Positions 39,337 through 50,796 of a stretch of DNA of 64,000 nucleotides are shown in pieces. The number at the start of each line of letters is the position of its first letter. The first letter of the stretch is position 1. This DNA is from Savitreella phatthalungensis (taxonomy: Eukaryota): positions 744,001 to 808,000 of the forward strand of contig AP039690.1 of NCBI GenBank assembly GCA_051599415.1. The letters run 5' to 3'. The position numbers and the translations under genes were made by a program. The notes under the pieces were generated by a model, which was not told where the DNA came from, made no database searches, and worked only from the letters and a program-made list of their open reading frames with translations.

Positions 39337-40584
39337 TCACGAGATGTAGCATGCCTTCTTGACAGCACGAACGATGATGTCCTCTGTGGGAAAGCTCATT
39401 TCCTCGAGTCCCTGAGCGTAAGGAGTTGGCACTTCTGCACCGGTGACACGCTCGACGGGAGCGTCGAGGTGGTCAAAGGCGTACTCCTGGACAAGGGCGG
39501 CCATCTCGGATCCGAAGCCGAAGGCTGGGTAGCCAGAGTCGACGGCAACAAGACGATTTGTCTTCTTGACGGACTCAATCAAGGTTTCGTGGTCAAGCGG
39601 CTTGACTGAACGGAGGTTGATGACCTCGCAGTCGACACCCTGCTTGGCGAGAAGCTCTGCAGCGGCCATGCACTGGCCGACGGTGCGTGAGACGGAAACG
39701 AGCGTGCAGTCCTTGCCAGCACGCTCGATTTTTGCCTTGCCGATTGGGATGACAAAGTCGTCCTTCTGTGCTTCGGCAGAGAGCTTGAAGGTCTGTCCGT
39801 ACATGAGCTCGTTCTCGAGCACGACGACCGGGTTCGGGTCCCGGATGGCAGCCTTAAGGAGACCCTTTGCGTCCTCTGCTGACCATGGGCAAACGACCTT
39901 GAGTCCGGGGATTGAGCCATACCAGGCAGTGTAGTCCTGGGAGTGCTGAGCACCCACACCTGCAGCGAAACCGTTAGGTCCGCGGAAGGTGATGTTGCAG
40001 GGTTGGATGCCGCCAGACATGTAGTGTGTCTTTGCTGCAGAGTTGATGATCTGGTCAATAGCCTGCATGGCGAAGTTGAAGGTCATAAACTCGCAAATTG
40101 GGTGAAGGCCCTTGAGAGCTGCGCCCACACACAGACCTGCGAAACCTGATTCTGTGATGGGTGAGTCGATGACGCGCTTGTCACCGAACTTGTCGAGGAG
40201 ACCACGTGTGACCTTGTAAGCTCCATTGTACTGAGCGACTTCCTCACCAAGAACGAAGACTTTTGGGTTCTGTGTCATTTCCTCCTCCATTGCTTGGTTA
40301 AGGGCATCGCGGACTGTGATCTCAACTGATCCATCGCTTGATCCGTTGCCGGAAGATGCGCTAGATGCGTGACGGACTGCGCCAACGTTGTAACGTGCGA
40401 ATGCATCTTTGCCCTGAGCGAGTGATGTGCGTGCGGATGAGGACTTTGCACGGAAATGTGCTGCTGTGGCTGTTGCTCCTGATGACGAGGCTGGCGCTGT
40501 GGAAGTGAGAGAGGTCACTGCGAACCTCGGAGCTCTGCGAACTCCTGAGGACGCTAGACGAGCTACACGTGAAGGAATGACCAT
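39337..40584 (-). CDS. PDB1: Pyruvate dehydrogenase E1 beta subunit, mitochondrial
   Basis: Arg/Ser/Ala-rich presequence; [49 protein letters not shown]...AQHSQ. Confidence 0.97.
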   Translation of the reverse strand: MVIPSRVARLASSGVRRAPRFAVTSLTSTAPASSSGATATAAHFRAKSSSARTSLAQGKDAFARYNVGAVRHASSASSGNGSSDGSVEITVRDALNQAMEEEMTQNPKVFVLGEEVAQYNGAYKVTRGLLDKFGDKRVIDSPITESGFAGLCVGAALKGLHPICEFMTFNFAMQAIDQIINSAAKTHYMSGGIQPCNITFRGPNGFAAGVGAQHSQDYTAWYGSIPGLKVVCPWSAEDAKGLLKAAIRDPNPVVVLENELMYGQTFKLSAEAQKDDFVIPIGKAKIERAGKDCTLVSVSRTVGQCMAAAELLAKQGVDCEVINLRSVKPLDHETLIESVKKTNRLVAVDSGYPAFGFGSEMAALVQEYAFDHLDAPVERVTGAEVPTPYAQGLEEMSFPTEDIIVRAVKKACYIS

Positions 40585-40845
40585 ACTGGAATGAGAAGTC
40601 AAGTAGGTCAGAGAGTGGGATGGATGTGTGAATATGAGTGCGACGGGATCACTGAAGGAGTGAAGTGGGACTTCTCAGAAGGTGAAGGATGCGAATAGGT
40701 AGGATGAATTGTTTTGTTGTAGAGAAAGAAGAGCGAGGAAAAGCGATGTGTTGGTTGGAGATCCAGAGAGGTGAAGGCGTAAGGATGGATGGAACTGGAG
40801 GTTGTTGGAGGATGCGTGGGTGTGCTTGCCGTAACCTGCACTCGC

Positions 40846-40850
40846 CTGAC

Positions 40851-40886
<36 letters not shown>

Positions 40887-40918
40887 GTTGCTGGTTGACT
40901 TGACTGACTGACTGACTG
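40846..40918 (-). repeat. (TCAG)n microsatellite upstream of PDB1, reading (CTGA)n on + strand
   Basis: Interrupted runs of ctgactgact. Confidence 0.92.
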
Positions 40919-42010
40919 GCTGAACCAGCAAAGTCAAGTGGGTGAATGATTGAGTGATCCTCTGTAATTGAAAAGTTCAAAAAGTTCAAAATATCCTAGG
41001 CGGAATCAGTTGAATTCAAAGAAAAAGAAAATCCCTTCAAGCACACGTACAGTTCAGACTTTTTCCTGCTCTTTCCTTTCTTACTTTTGACCCACTCAAT
41101 CATCACCAATCAGCGTCCCTCTTTTCCCGGTCCGATAAAATTGAACATTCAGTTATAGCCATCTAGAATTAGCACTACTCAAAAAGAATTTTGGGAGGTT
41201 AAGGAGAGCTAGTTGAATACAATTGAAAACCAAAGGCAATTGTGCATAGAACCACTGTTGCAATTCAGATCAAGCTCCAATTCGAATACCAATAGAAGTC
41301 AGGATCCTGTACTCTGGCAACGGAATTCCGCACAGCTAGAGTTTATTGAGGTCTAGAGTATGTTGAACTGAGTCGCTCGTGCATCCCAGCAACATGTACG
41401 CAATCAATTGTGGTGTATCTCTCTCACTACTTCAACAGGTATTCGATATTCACCCACACATGCCAGGCCATACATATTCATGCACATGATTCCTCGAATT
41501 CCATGCAATCTCCGTTGTCAACTTCCGTTGAAATCAAGCACGGGTCATTGCAGTCATCGTCTGACCATAGCTCTTGGTGACAATATAGGCTGTAGGGAAC
41601 CATTGATCGATCATTCTCAACTATCACTATGGAATCCTGATCCTTGAGTCCAGCTCACAGTTGTTGCAGAGCATGCATACAGGGCCCGGGGTTAGTCTTC
41701 TAATTAAGCACGAGATCTTGCACGAGATCTTCAAGACTCTTGATCCTCTGCATTAGTGCAGTCCAGTCCGGTTCATAATACTCTAGCAATGACTTGCAGC
41801 AAGCGCAGCTCCACTATCCACCAACTTGCTTGCGTCCAAAGACATCCAAGTGGTCCTTCATTCAATAGATGAACACTTCAACTGTCCAACTTGTGGCTAA
41901 TTGGTGGGAACCAATTCCATTCCCTGCCTGCTGATGTCCTCCAAGCGAATCTAGTCACACTGCATTTGACGAAGAATCGCAACGTGATCTATCAGCTCAA
42001 CATCCCTTGC

Positions 42011-42499
42011 TCATGCATCCTCCACTGGAGCAGTCCAAGCAGAGTTCCAACCGCTTGTGCTCGGCGTCTCTGTCATAGCTTTGATCTCGAGCGGGAATCC
42101 ACGCTTCTTGTCCTTGCGCATCGCACTCTTGAACAGTTGTGGACTGTGCTGAGCGAGATCCTCACATGCAGCTTCCATCCTATCGTACGCCTTCCGAAGG
42201 TCTCCCGTCCGCCGTTCCCTTTGCCGCCGCTGCCATAGCAGCCAAGCCCTGTGAATTGTATCGTGCTGTAGCCGTTCCGCTTCATTGGCGAATTCGAGCT
42301 TCAAAGGTGTCTTATTGCCGAACAAGGTATCGCGAATCTGCTGTGTTCGTGAATCCACATTTGTCTTTTCACCACGGGCATTGTTTGTCACCGTCCTGCA
42401 GTGTGATGCGAATGTGGAACAAGGGAGCTGTGAAGCGCGAATAGTCGAACGTGTCAATGCAGTCCAGGCCTGCGTCGAGATCGAGCGCGAATTGGCCAT
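42011..42499 (-). CDS. MRPL28: Mitochondrial large ribosomal subunit protein mL40
   Basis: HDTIHRAWLLW...YDRMEAACEDL...FPLEIKAMTETPS...WN, with an N-terminal presequence-like region. Confidence 0.82.
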   Translation of the reverse strand: MANSRSISTQAWTALTRSTIRASQLPCSTFASHCRTVTNNARGEKTNVDSRTQQIRDTLFGNKTPLKLEFANEAERLQHDTIHRAWLLWQRRQRERRTGDLRKAYDRMEAACEDLAQHSPQLFKSAMRKDKKRGFPLEIKAMTETPSTSGWNSAWTAPVEDA

Positions 42500-43073
42500 G
42501 CTGAGGGAAGCTTTGAATAGCTGCGGGATCTACGCCTTGAGTGTTTTCCGAAAAAATGAGATAACGGTTTACACCTGCACCACGCTCTGTCGTCAAGATG
42601 TGTGCAGTGACTGAGTGCACGACTGAGCGAATGGCTGGCTCGATCGGGCAAGTCTCTCTACGGCTGTGACACCGACTCAGTGCTCTCTGTCACGTACTCT
42701 GTCATTCTCTCTGCCTGCCTCGTGACTCTGAGTCTGAGACAAACTCACTCGATCGTTGGCAATAGCAAACTGGGCACGATCAGATTCTCAGGAACGAAAG
42801 ATTTCAAACAATTATTCAAACTGTGCATTCACGCCATATCAACCTCGGATGCAAGCAAAGCACAGATACAATAGTTCACGTGATCACAGCGAGCAATCAT
42901 CCGTCTTCTTGAAATGATTTTGCTGCATCTATAATGTAACCTAAATTACATATATGTTCAGTTGAGTAACACCGAGCAGGAAGTTAACAGATTGTTAGAG
43001 CCGATTCGAACAAAAATAGAAATTCCAAATTCATTTTCTAGTGAACCGGAGAGACATACTCACGCAGTCAGTT

Positions 43074-43141
43074 ACACTCACGCACAGTCTCACTCACTCA
43101 CACACACACACGCACGCACGCATTTACTCTCTCTCTCCTCT
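43074..43141 (+). repeat. Compound (CACT)/(CA)/(CGCA)/(CT) microsatellite upstream of eIF3c
   Basis: cactcactca cacacacaca cgcacgcacg ... ctctctctc. Confidence 0.85.
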
Positions 43142-43624
43142 CAGTCGGTCAGGCGCGCCAACATCCCTTACAGTCCACACCTCACCTTCTCTGACTCCTC
43201 TGCCAGCTGCTCAATCTACTCTACTGGTCCTCACACGTCAGTCACTACCATCACCATCACGAACACCGTCACGACCAGTACTCGGACTGTCTCTGTCCAG
43301 TTTCCACTCCAGCTAGTCAGTCAATCGGGAAAAAAAAATCTTGTACGGCACACCGCGTTAAAAATCCTACACAAGGATATCCACCTAGTCGCACTTAGCC
43401 ACAGGGGATCCGAAGTGCTCAGAAGATCCTCTTCTCTTTCGTTCGAAGTCCCTGTTGTGAACGTCCACGTCCAGCAGTACTCGTACGATCATTCAAGAAG
43501 CATCTAAAGGTTCAGGTTTACCAGTTACTCTCCTTTGGATCACTGCTTAGACTAGAACCATCGCGACAAAACCCTTTCTCAAGTCACCAATAGTACAAGG
43601 AATCCTTTCTTCCGACTTCCCATC

Positions 43625-46312
43625 ATGTCTCGCTTCTTTGCAGGTGGCAGCTCCGACTCGGAAACTTCCTCTGACGATGACTTCAGTGACTCTGACCAGT
43701 CATCTGTCCAGGATTCCAACTCTGATGACTCTGGATCCGACTCTGATGACAGCTCTGATGACAGCTCAGACTCCGGCTCAGACTCTGACGCGCCCGCAGC
43801 CAAGAAGAAACTTGGAAACCGTTTCCTGGTAGGTGGAGATTCTGACGACTCTGACGATGACAGCGACGACGGCAAACGCGTCGTCAAGTCCGCAAAGGAC
43901 AAGCGCCTAGAGGAGATCGAGACGTGTGCAGACAAGATCGAGAATGCTCTCAAGATCAATGACTGGGTCACTGTCTCTGCAGAGTTCGACAAGCTCAACA
44001 AGATGGCAGAACGGGCAAAGGCTGCACAGCAGCTGCCAAAGGTCTACATCGCCACCATCATCGACATTGAGGACCAGGCAAACGAGGCGCAGAAGACGGC
44101 AAAGTCAAAGAAGATGAATCCGCCCAACACACGCGCTCTCAACGGTCTCAAGCAGCGCGTGAAGAAGAACTCCCGCTCATATGAATCCGAGATTGCACGG
44201 TATCGCGAGGACCCAGACTCTTTCGACGAGCCAGCTGAACCCCCAGCAGCAGCACCCGCAGTTGCCACACCAGCTGCCAAGGCAAAGGCAGCCGCTACAG
44301 CTGACGATGTGTCTGGTGCTCAGGCAGGAGGTGCCGATGGCGATGCTGCTGGTGACGGCTTCTCTACAGTTGGAAAGGGCGGCAAGGTGCTCGAATACTC
44401 CACAGAGAGCATCTTCAAGCACCTTCAGGCAGTCTTCGAGGCTCGCGGTCGAAAGAACACCAACCGCGAAGAGCAGCTTTTCATCCTCGGCAAGCTCAAG
44501 GAGGTCGCAAAAACCCCGTACCAGAAGATCCGAGTTCTCTTGGCCACCATTGCTGCACGTTTCGACACACAGGCAGGACTGTCGCAGTTTATGCCAACAG
44601 AGGCGTGGCGTAAGGCACAGGACGAAGTTCTCGAGCTTCTCACATTGCTTGAATCTGAGCGGGCATACACCGTGCTTGAAGATGCACCGGAGCACGATGA
44701 TGAGCAGCCAGAACCAGAGCCTACTGCACAAGAACCTCTCGTTAAAGTGCAAGGAAGCATCATGTCGTACGTTGACCGCCTAGATGACGAGCTCACAAAG
44801 GCTCTTCAGAACATCGACCCACACTCACAGGACTACATCGACCGCTTGCGTGATGAAGCATCACTTTACTCGACCGTCGTCCGTGCACAGATCTACGTCG
44901 AATCGCAGCCAGATGTTGACGTCTCCCGTCTCATCATGCGCCGTCTAGAGCACCTCTACTACAAAACCGAGTCGCTCATCTCCGCCTTCGAGAAGATCTG
45001 CTACGCTACGATCCCCGCTGAACTTGATTCCAAAATCACACCTCGAAGTGGCTCACGCCCTCTCATTGAGACGCTCGCTGCATACCTCTTCCAGCATGCA
45101 AACGGCCTGTTCCGCACACGTGCCATTCTGTGTCAAATCTACCACGAGGCATTGAGTGACCGATTCCACAGAGCGCGTGACATGCTACTCATGTCTCACC
45201 TGCAGGACTCTATCCACGCGGCCGACATCCAGACACAGATTCTCCACAACCGGTCAATGGTTCAGATCGGTCTCTCCGCATTCCGCGCCGGACTCATCGT
45301 CGAGGCACAGCAGGCCCTTTCGGAGATCTGCGGTGGCAATCGGACGAAGGAGCTGCTGGCACAGGGACCATCGAAGCAGAGTCGCGACGTCGAGCAGGAA
45401 CGCCAGGACAAAACCCGGCAGTTGCCATTCCACATGCACATCAACGTCGAGCTATGCGAATGCGTCTACCTGATCGCATCGATGCTGCTTGAGGTGCCAG
45501 AGATTGCACGGGGCAGCAAACGTATCATTTCCCGTCAATTCCGCCGCACATTCGACTTCAGCGACAGACAGATCTTCACCGGGCCACCGGAGAACACCCG
45601 TGACCACGTGATGCAGTCTGCGAAAGCGCTTTCCCAGGGCGACTGGCGCAAAGCATACGAGTTGCTCGCCGACATCAAGATCTTCGAGCTGATGCCACAG
45701 ACGTCTGACATTCGAAGCATGCTGAACGGCAAGCTTCGTGAGGAAGGTCTGCGGACCTACCTGTTCGCGAACGCTGCCTTCTACGACAGCGTCTCACTCG
45801 CCCAGCTTTCCGAGATGTTCGAGCTTTCGTCACAGGAAACACTGCGCATCGTTTCTCGTCTGATCGCACTAGACGACCTCGCAGCATCGCTCGCAAACGA
45901 CGACGCACAACTTGTGTTTGAGCGAGTGGAGTCAACGCGTCTGCAGCAACAGGCTCACCAGCTCGCAGAGCGTGCTCAGCGTCTCGTCGAGCAGAACGAG
46001 CAGCTCATGGACGTCAAGCCTCAAGGCCAAGGCGAGGACGGCAACGAGGAAGGAGGTGAGGGTAACACGGGCAAACGGCCTCGGAAGGACGGCGAAGGTC
46101 GTGGTGGAGGTCGTGGCGGTCGTGGTGGTGGTCGAGGTGGAGGTCGCGGTGGTCGTGGAGGTGGTTCAGGCAACTCCCGAGGTGGAGGCCGTGGTGGATC
46201 CAACAGCGACCGAGGCTTCTCCGGTGGCGCATTCAGAGGACCAGGCGGTCTCGGAGGCCCACGCAGACAAGAATCCAACACTGCTCGTCTCCTCCAGCGT
46301 GTACGCGCCTAG
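43625..46312 (+). CDS. NIP1: Translation initiation factor eIF3 subunit c, with C-terminal RGG tail
   Basis: MSRFF plus acidic Ser/Asp tract, VVKSAKDKR, RLDDELTKALQNIDPH, RQLPFHMHINVEL, FTGPPENTRDHVM, PCI domain. Confidence 0.97.
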   Translation: MSRFFAGGSSDSETSSDDDFSDSDQSSVQDSNSDDSGSDSDDSSDDSSDSGSDSDAPAAKKKLGNRFLVGGDSDDSDDDSDDGKRVVKSAKDKRLEEIETCADKIENALKINDWVTVSAEFDKLNKMAERAKAAQQLPKVYIATIIDIEDQANEAQKTAKSKKMNPPNTRALNGLKQRVKKNSRSYESEIARYREDPDSFDEPAEPPAAAPAVATPAAKAKAAATADDVSGAQAGGADGDAAGDGFSTVGKGGKVLEYSTESIFKHLQAVFEARGRKNTNREEQLFILGKLKEVAKTPYQKIRVLLATIAARFDTQAGLSQFMPTEAWRKAQDEVLELLTLLESERAYTVLEDAPEHDDEQPEPEPTAQEPLVKVQGSIMSYVDRLDDELTKALQNIDPHSQDYIDRLRDEASLYSTVVRAQIYVESQPDVDVSRLIMRRLEHLYYKTESLISAFEKICYATIPAELDSKITPRSGSRPLIETLAAYLFQHANGLFRTRAILCQIYHEALSDRFHRARDMLLMSHLQDSIHAADIQTQILHNRSMVQIGLSAFRAGLIVEAQQALSEICGGNRTKELLAQGPSKQSRDVEQERQDKTRQLPFHMHINVELCECVYLIASMLLEVPEIARGSKRIISRQFRRTFDFSDRQIFTGPPENTRDHVMQSAKALSQGDWRKAYELLADIKIFELMPQTSDIRSMLNGKLREEGLRTYLFANAAFYDSVSLAQLSEMFELSSQETLRIVSRLIALDDLAASLANDDAQLVFERVESTRLQQQAHQLAERAQRLVEQNEQLMDVKPQGQGEDGNEEGGEGNTGKRPRKDGEGRGGGRGGRGGGRGGGRGGRGGGSGNSRGGGRGGSNSDRGFSGGAFRGPGGLGGPRRQESNTARLLQRVRA

Positions 46313-46584
46313 ACTCCAAAAATCACGATCCCTCATCAGCATCAGACCCCCATACCAACATCCCCGATACCAAAACTTCACAACACACTTCCCACCGCAA
46401 CATACTTTCCCTCATCGATACTTCATCGCTTTTTTATACATGCATCCATCCACCTATGAGATTTGTGTTGTGTAGGATCTACTCTCTCGGAGGATCTTAT
46501 GTCGTGATTACATCGAATACTAGCTGCATTACAGGTTGTTCAGTTTGAGCGTGTACGTGTAGAGGGGGCGAGGGTCATGAGAGA

Positions 46585-47835
46585 TTATGGCCTGCCTGAC
46601 AACATGTGTCCCATCCTCTGAATCTTCGTGGCAAAGTACTTATCAAACTCAGCACCCTGAACACCATCTTTACCCTGCCATGCCCTCGGCACCATCTCGA
46701 CCCTGTTCCTGACGACGATCTGCCGCTTGTCGCCCTCGACAGCTGCGATCTTGAGCGGGTTGTTTGTGAGGAGGTCGATGTGATGGCAGTCGAGGTCGAT
46801 GAGGATGGATGTGGCGATGCCGTAGTCTCTGGCGTCTGCTGGGTGGTGGAGGAGCAAGTTGGCCTCTAGCGTATCCGACCCGAGATCCTGCAGGTTGTAA
46901 GCCTTCATCTTCTCAAACAACCCAATCCCGCGACCTTCCTGCCGCAAATACACAATCACCCCAGAGCCGTGTCTGGCAATAGCAGCACAAGCATCGTTCA
47001 GCTGATCCCCGCAATCACAACGCGATGAGCCAATCGTCTCGCCAGTGTAGCATTCCGAGTGGATTCGGACAAGGGGGATCTTGGACGGATCTGTGGTCTG
47101 TTTGGGATCGTCAGTTTTGTTGGCCGAGTAAGTATCCTGCGAAGCCTCGCGCTCGAGGTCTTCCCGAGTCACGCTCTGAGCTAGTTTGCTGGTCGTTCTA
47201 CCTGGGTGCAGTCTACCTTCGTACGCGCCCCGGATCAGTCGATCCATCTCCGTCTCACCCGGTCGCGGCGCGTCGAGCGACCTCGACCGGATGTATGGCC
47301 CAATCACGATCGCAAGGTGCTCTTTTGTATCGTAGTCGTTCGTGTACCCGTGCAGATAGAGTTCATAGCCAGCAACTGTGGGAATCCGTGCACGTACAGT
47401 GCATGCCACCTTCGGTAATGGCTTCAGGGCAGACCGCAGGTTCGCGACAGTCTCTTCTGAAGGTGGTGTCCGTGTACGTGTGGTCTCTGGATCCGTGTCG
47501 TCAGCGTCAGCGCCATCCTGGTTCCGCGACCGGGTCTTGGAATGTGTAGAGGTTGCAGCATTGACTGCATCGGCTAAGGCAGCTGCCGCTGCAGCCGTGT
47601 GTGCGCTGTTATCATCCTTCTGCGAAGCAGGCCGACTCTCGAAATGGAAGCTGTCCGCTAGCGACCGCGTTCCAGGCGTTTCGCTTGGCGTCACGAGGTC
47701 CGGAAATTGGAATGAATTTGGTGTCTGCGGGCGACGACCACCGAGACCGAGCGACATGCCAGACTTACCGGCCGCTGTCCCTGTGGCTGCGGCGGCAGCA
47801 GCAGCAGCGGCATCAGACTCTGTGCCTTCGCTCAT
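46585..47835 (-). CDS. RIB1: GTP cyclohydrolase II (riboflavin biosynthesis)
   Basis: VRARIPT, KEHLAIV, PLVRIHSECYTGE...SRCDCGDQL, YLRQEGRGIGL...AYNLQDLG, LLTNNP; ATG at 47835. Confidence 0.95.
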   Translation of the reverse strand: MSEGTESDAAAAAAAAATGTAAGKSGMSLGLGGRRPQTPNSFQFPDLVTPSETPGTRSLADSFHFESRPASQKDDNSAHTAAAAAALADAVNAATSTHSKTRSRNQDGADADDTDPETTRTRTPPSEETVANLRSALKPLPKVACTVRARIPTVAGYELYLHGYTNDYDTKEHLAIVIGPYIRSRSLDAPRPGETEMDRLIRGAYEGRLHPGRTTSKLAQSVTREDLEREASQDTYSANKTDDPKQTTDPSKIPLVRIHSECYTGETIGSSRCDCGDQLNDACAAIARHGSGVIVYLRQEGRGIGLFEKMKAYNLQDLGSDTLEANLLLHHPADARDYGIATSILIDLDCHHIDLLTNNPLKIAAVEGDKRQIVVRNRVEMVPRAWQGKDGVQGAEFDKYFATKIQRMGHMLSGRP

Positions 47836-48240
47836 GCGAGGAAGAACGCCAAAAAGAGAAAGGAACTGCAAATGAATCGAGCAGACTGCTCCTTGAAGGC
47901 ACAAGTCTGTCAAAGACGGTGTTTGTGCAGTGTGAACCCGATGTTGTGCTCGTGCGTGATCGTAGGCGTACGCACGTTATTATCAATCTTGCTTGCTGCA
48001 TTTGTGAGCAAAAGTGAAAAACTCCCAGATACAGTCAGACGTCCCCCGCAGCCTAGCCGCCGTTCACATGCAACGGAAAGATTTAGAAAACTCACAGTCT
48101 CATAACCTTCAAGCGGGACAGCAGTGTTCTTTTCGACGGGTAGAAGAAGTCCTATACTCATTTTCTGGCTCTCGAGAGGCGTCGTTCTTGGATTTTGTCC
48201 TTGAGAGAGGAAAGGTGTGCTCGCTTGAAGCTCATCATCG

Positions 48241-49020
48241 ATGGACTACCAGAATCGCGCTGGCTCAAAGTTCGGCGGCGGCGGTGTAGCAAGCAGCTCA
48301 GACACAAATGCTGCACGCAAAGAGCGTCTGCGAAAGCTAGCTGCGGAGACGATTGATCTTGCGCGCGACCCGTACATCTTCCGGAACCACTTGGGCAAAT
48401 ATGAGTGCAGACTATGTATGACGATTCACGCAAACGATGGCTCCTATCTCGTCCACACGCAGGGGCGGAAGCACCAGCAGAATCTAGCGAGACGTGTGCT
48501 CAGAGATCAAATCCAGAGCGGTCAAGTCGAGATCGATCCTGCCACAGGTCTGCCAGTCGATCCTGCACAAGCAGCAGCCGCACAGAAGTATGCACCTCGA
48601 AAGGATGTTGTACGCATCGGCCGACCTGGGTACAAAGTGCAAAAGGTCCGACAGCACGGTGAAGGGAATGAGTCGCAAGGCAGCAGGATCGGCTTATTCT
48701 TTCAAGTGTCGCTGCCTGAGATTGAGAAGGACACTCGGCCGAGGTATCGGATCATGTCGGCATTCGAGCAGCAGGTCGATGCACCTGCGGATCCGAGGTG
48801 GCAGTATCTGGTGATCGCCGCAGATCCATATGACCCGATTGCCTTTAAGATCCCGAACGTCGAGATTGACAGGGCAAAGACAGCGCTTTGGGACCACTGG
48901 GACTCGCCTACGTATACGATTCAGCTATTCTTCAAGCGTTCACCGGTGGTGACGATGGCAGGAGCAGGAGCTGGCGCAAGCTCGACATTGCGGATTCCAG
49001 GTGTTCCTGGTGCTTCATGA
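48241..49020 (+). CDS. PRP11: U2 snRNP splicing factor SF3a subunit 2 (Prp11/Sap62)
   Basis: MDYQNRAGSKFGGGG...RKERLRKLA, DPYIFRNHLGKYECRLCMTIH...HTQGRKHQQNL, IGRPGYKV, MSAFEQ. Confidence 0.95.
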   Translation: MDYQNRAGSKFGGGGVASSSDTNAARKERLRKLAAETIDLARDPYIFRNHLGKYECRLCMTIHANDGSYLVHTQGRKHQQNLARRVLRDQIQSGQVEIDPATGLPVDPAQAAAAQKYAPRKDVVRIGRPGYKVQKVRQHGEGNESQGSRIGLFFQVSLPEIEKDTRPRYRIMSAFEQQVDAPADPRWQYLVIAADPYDPIAFKIPNVEIDRAKTALWDHWDSPTYTIQLFFKRSPVVTMAGAGAGASSTLRIPGVPGAS

Positions 49021-49494
49021 AATGATCTGGAGCACGGTGAGTGCTGATAATGAGAGAAGATGATGAGCAGATTTATGAGGATGATGACGACGAATCCACG
49101 TACTCGACACTAGTGCTATCCAGGAAGTAGTTTAAGGGAAAGTATGAAAGAAGATGAATGACATCAAAGCAGGATTTTGAGACTGTACCCTGTGGCGTGC
49201 GCGGAGATCAGCTTAGAGGACAGACATGCTTTGCACAGGAACAGGCAGGTGATGATGCGATGGCTAAGATATGGCTGCTGGCCGTTGAAGCTGTCGTTAT
49301 TCCGCGCACGTACAATTAGTTACATACACAACAGGCTTTAGGTATGGAGTCTGGACTCCAGGTCCAGTCCCGCTTTTGGGACAATGACCAAAGAGCATGA
49401 GAGGTTATCTGTACTTCCAAGTTTGCGCTGCTCTGCATTGCCTGCACAGACGATCACACCAATACCGCGCTTCCCACGTGAACGAGAACTGTTC

Positions 49495-49524
49495 TTGCTC
49501 TTGCTCTTGCTCTTGCTCTTGCTC
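49495..49524 (+). repeat. (TTGCTC)5 microsatellite
   Basis: Five perfect hexamers. Confidence 0.95.
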
Positions 49525-50040
49525 TCAAGAGCAAATCCCGTAGATGCAAAGTGAATGACATGGATGGATGATGTGATGGGCATAGAAAGTCATCTTCCTA
49601 CAGTATCTAAATTTGTCTATATTCTGTACTATTGATGAAACACGTATGAAACGTACGTATCCACATGCATGGCATGGCAACAACTGATCCAAATCAATTG
49701 GGAGAGGAAAACTTTGAAACTTCAATTCAACTGAAAAAAAAGGTGGCGCCTCCTTTCGACGAGGTAGTCCTGCCGAGCGTTTCAAGAATTTTAATCTTTG
49801 GTCAGATCGATGTGACCTAAAATAGTAGAAGCCACGGAATCTCCTGCAGGAGTCAATCAATCTATACCCTCGAACTTCTGCTCAGTCAACTCATCCATAC
49901 AAACACAGGTCAAATCAAACACCTACACAACAGACCAAGCACTACAGGTGAATCAACTGGTTCTCCCTCGGAACAAGATTCTTAGACCTCATCACTTGAA
50001 CTGTCTCTTCTACTTCTTCCCTCTGATCTGCTTTGCGCTA

Positions 50041-50080
50041 AGCTCAGCTCAGCTCTGTTCACAGCTCAGCTCAGCTCTGT
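50041..50080 (+). repeat. Duplicated AGCTCAGCTCAGCTCTGT (AGCTC pentamer runs)
   Basis: Copies at 50041-50058 and 50063-50080. Confidence 0.9.
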
Positions 50081-50796
50081 CCTAAGCTGAGCTCCGTCCT
50101 CCACTCTGCCTCCTGTATGTGCATTCTCATCCCGAACAGGTAATTGGACATCACAAGCAGTGTCCGGCATCACCACCAGTGCCCTTCTAATGTGTTCAAG
50201 CAGTCCATCGGTCGATGGCGTAGTCGCTACGCGCAGCAACTATGCCAAACAGCATAGCGTCCTCTATCAGACGAGCATGCAAGCCGCAGTCTGACTATAC
50301 CCTGTCGACCGCAACGGGTACCATTCCCGCGAACTCACCCCCCCACGTCCTCCAGGGTGTGACGAATATCACAAGACTCCCCTGTGGAACCGGGTCGGAC
50401 CGTCATGGGTACAGGCAACCATTCTGATAGCCAGCCCACCGTTTGGGCACCACGCAGACAACCTCAAGCATCTTCTTAGAGCCAGTGCAACCTGGGCACA
50501 ACCCCTTCCACCGCTTAGCCACCATCACACTGCCACTACACGGCAACTCCTTCCTCGTCAACTGTGCAACTGAGCCGTCACCGAACCTCCTTCTCTCGCC
50601 TGACCGTCCTAACGATCACACACAACCTCACATACGCACACAAAAGTTTCAACGACGTCGGCCAACGTCAAGACGCGTCTACACATTATCTACGCATCTT
50701 CCTCTTTCTTGTATATACGCGCTGGCGCCGCGTCCTCGAACAGTCGAGACCATTGTACCTATCTCGCACTCGCGCAGAGTCTAGGAAGGTCAAGAC

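Noticed and set aside
42962..43507. 181-aa ORF upstream of eIF3c
   Set aside because: TTG start and low-complexity His/Thr/Ser sequence arising from the microsatellite leader.
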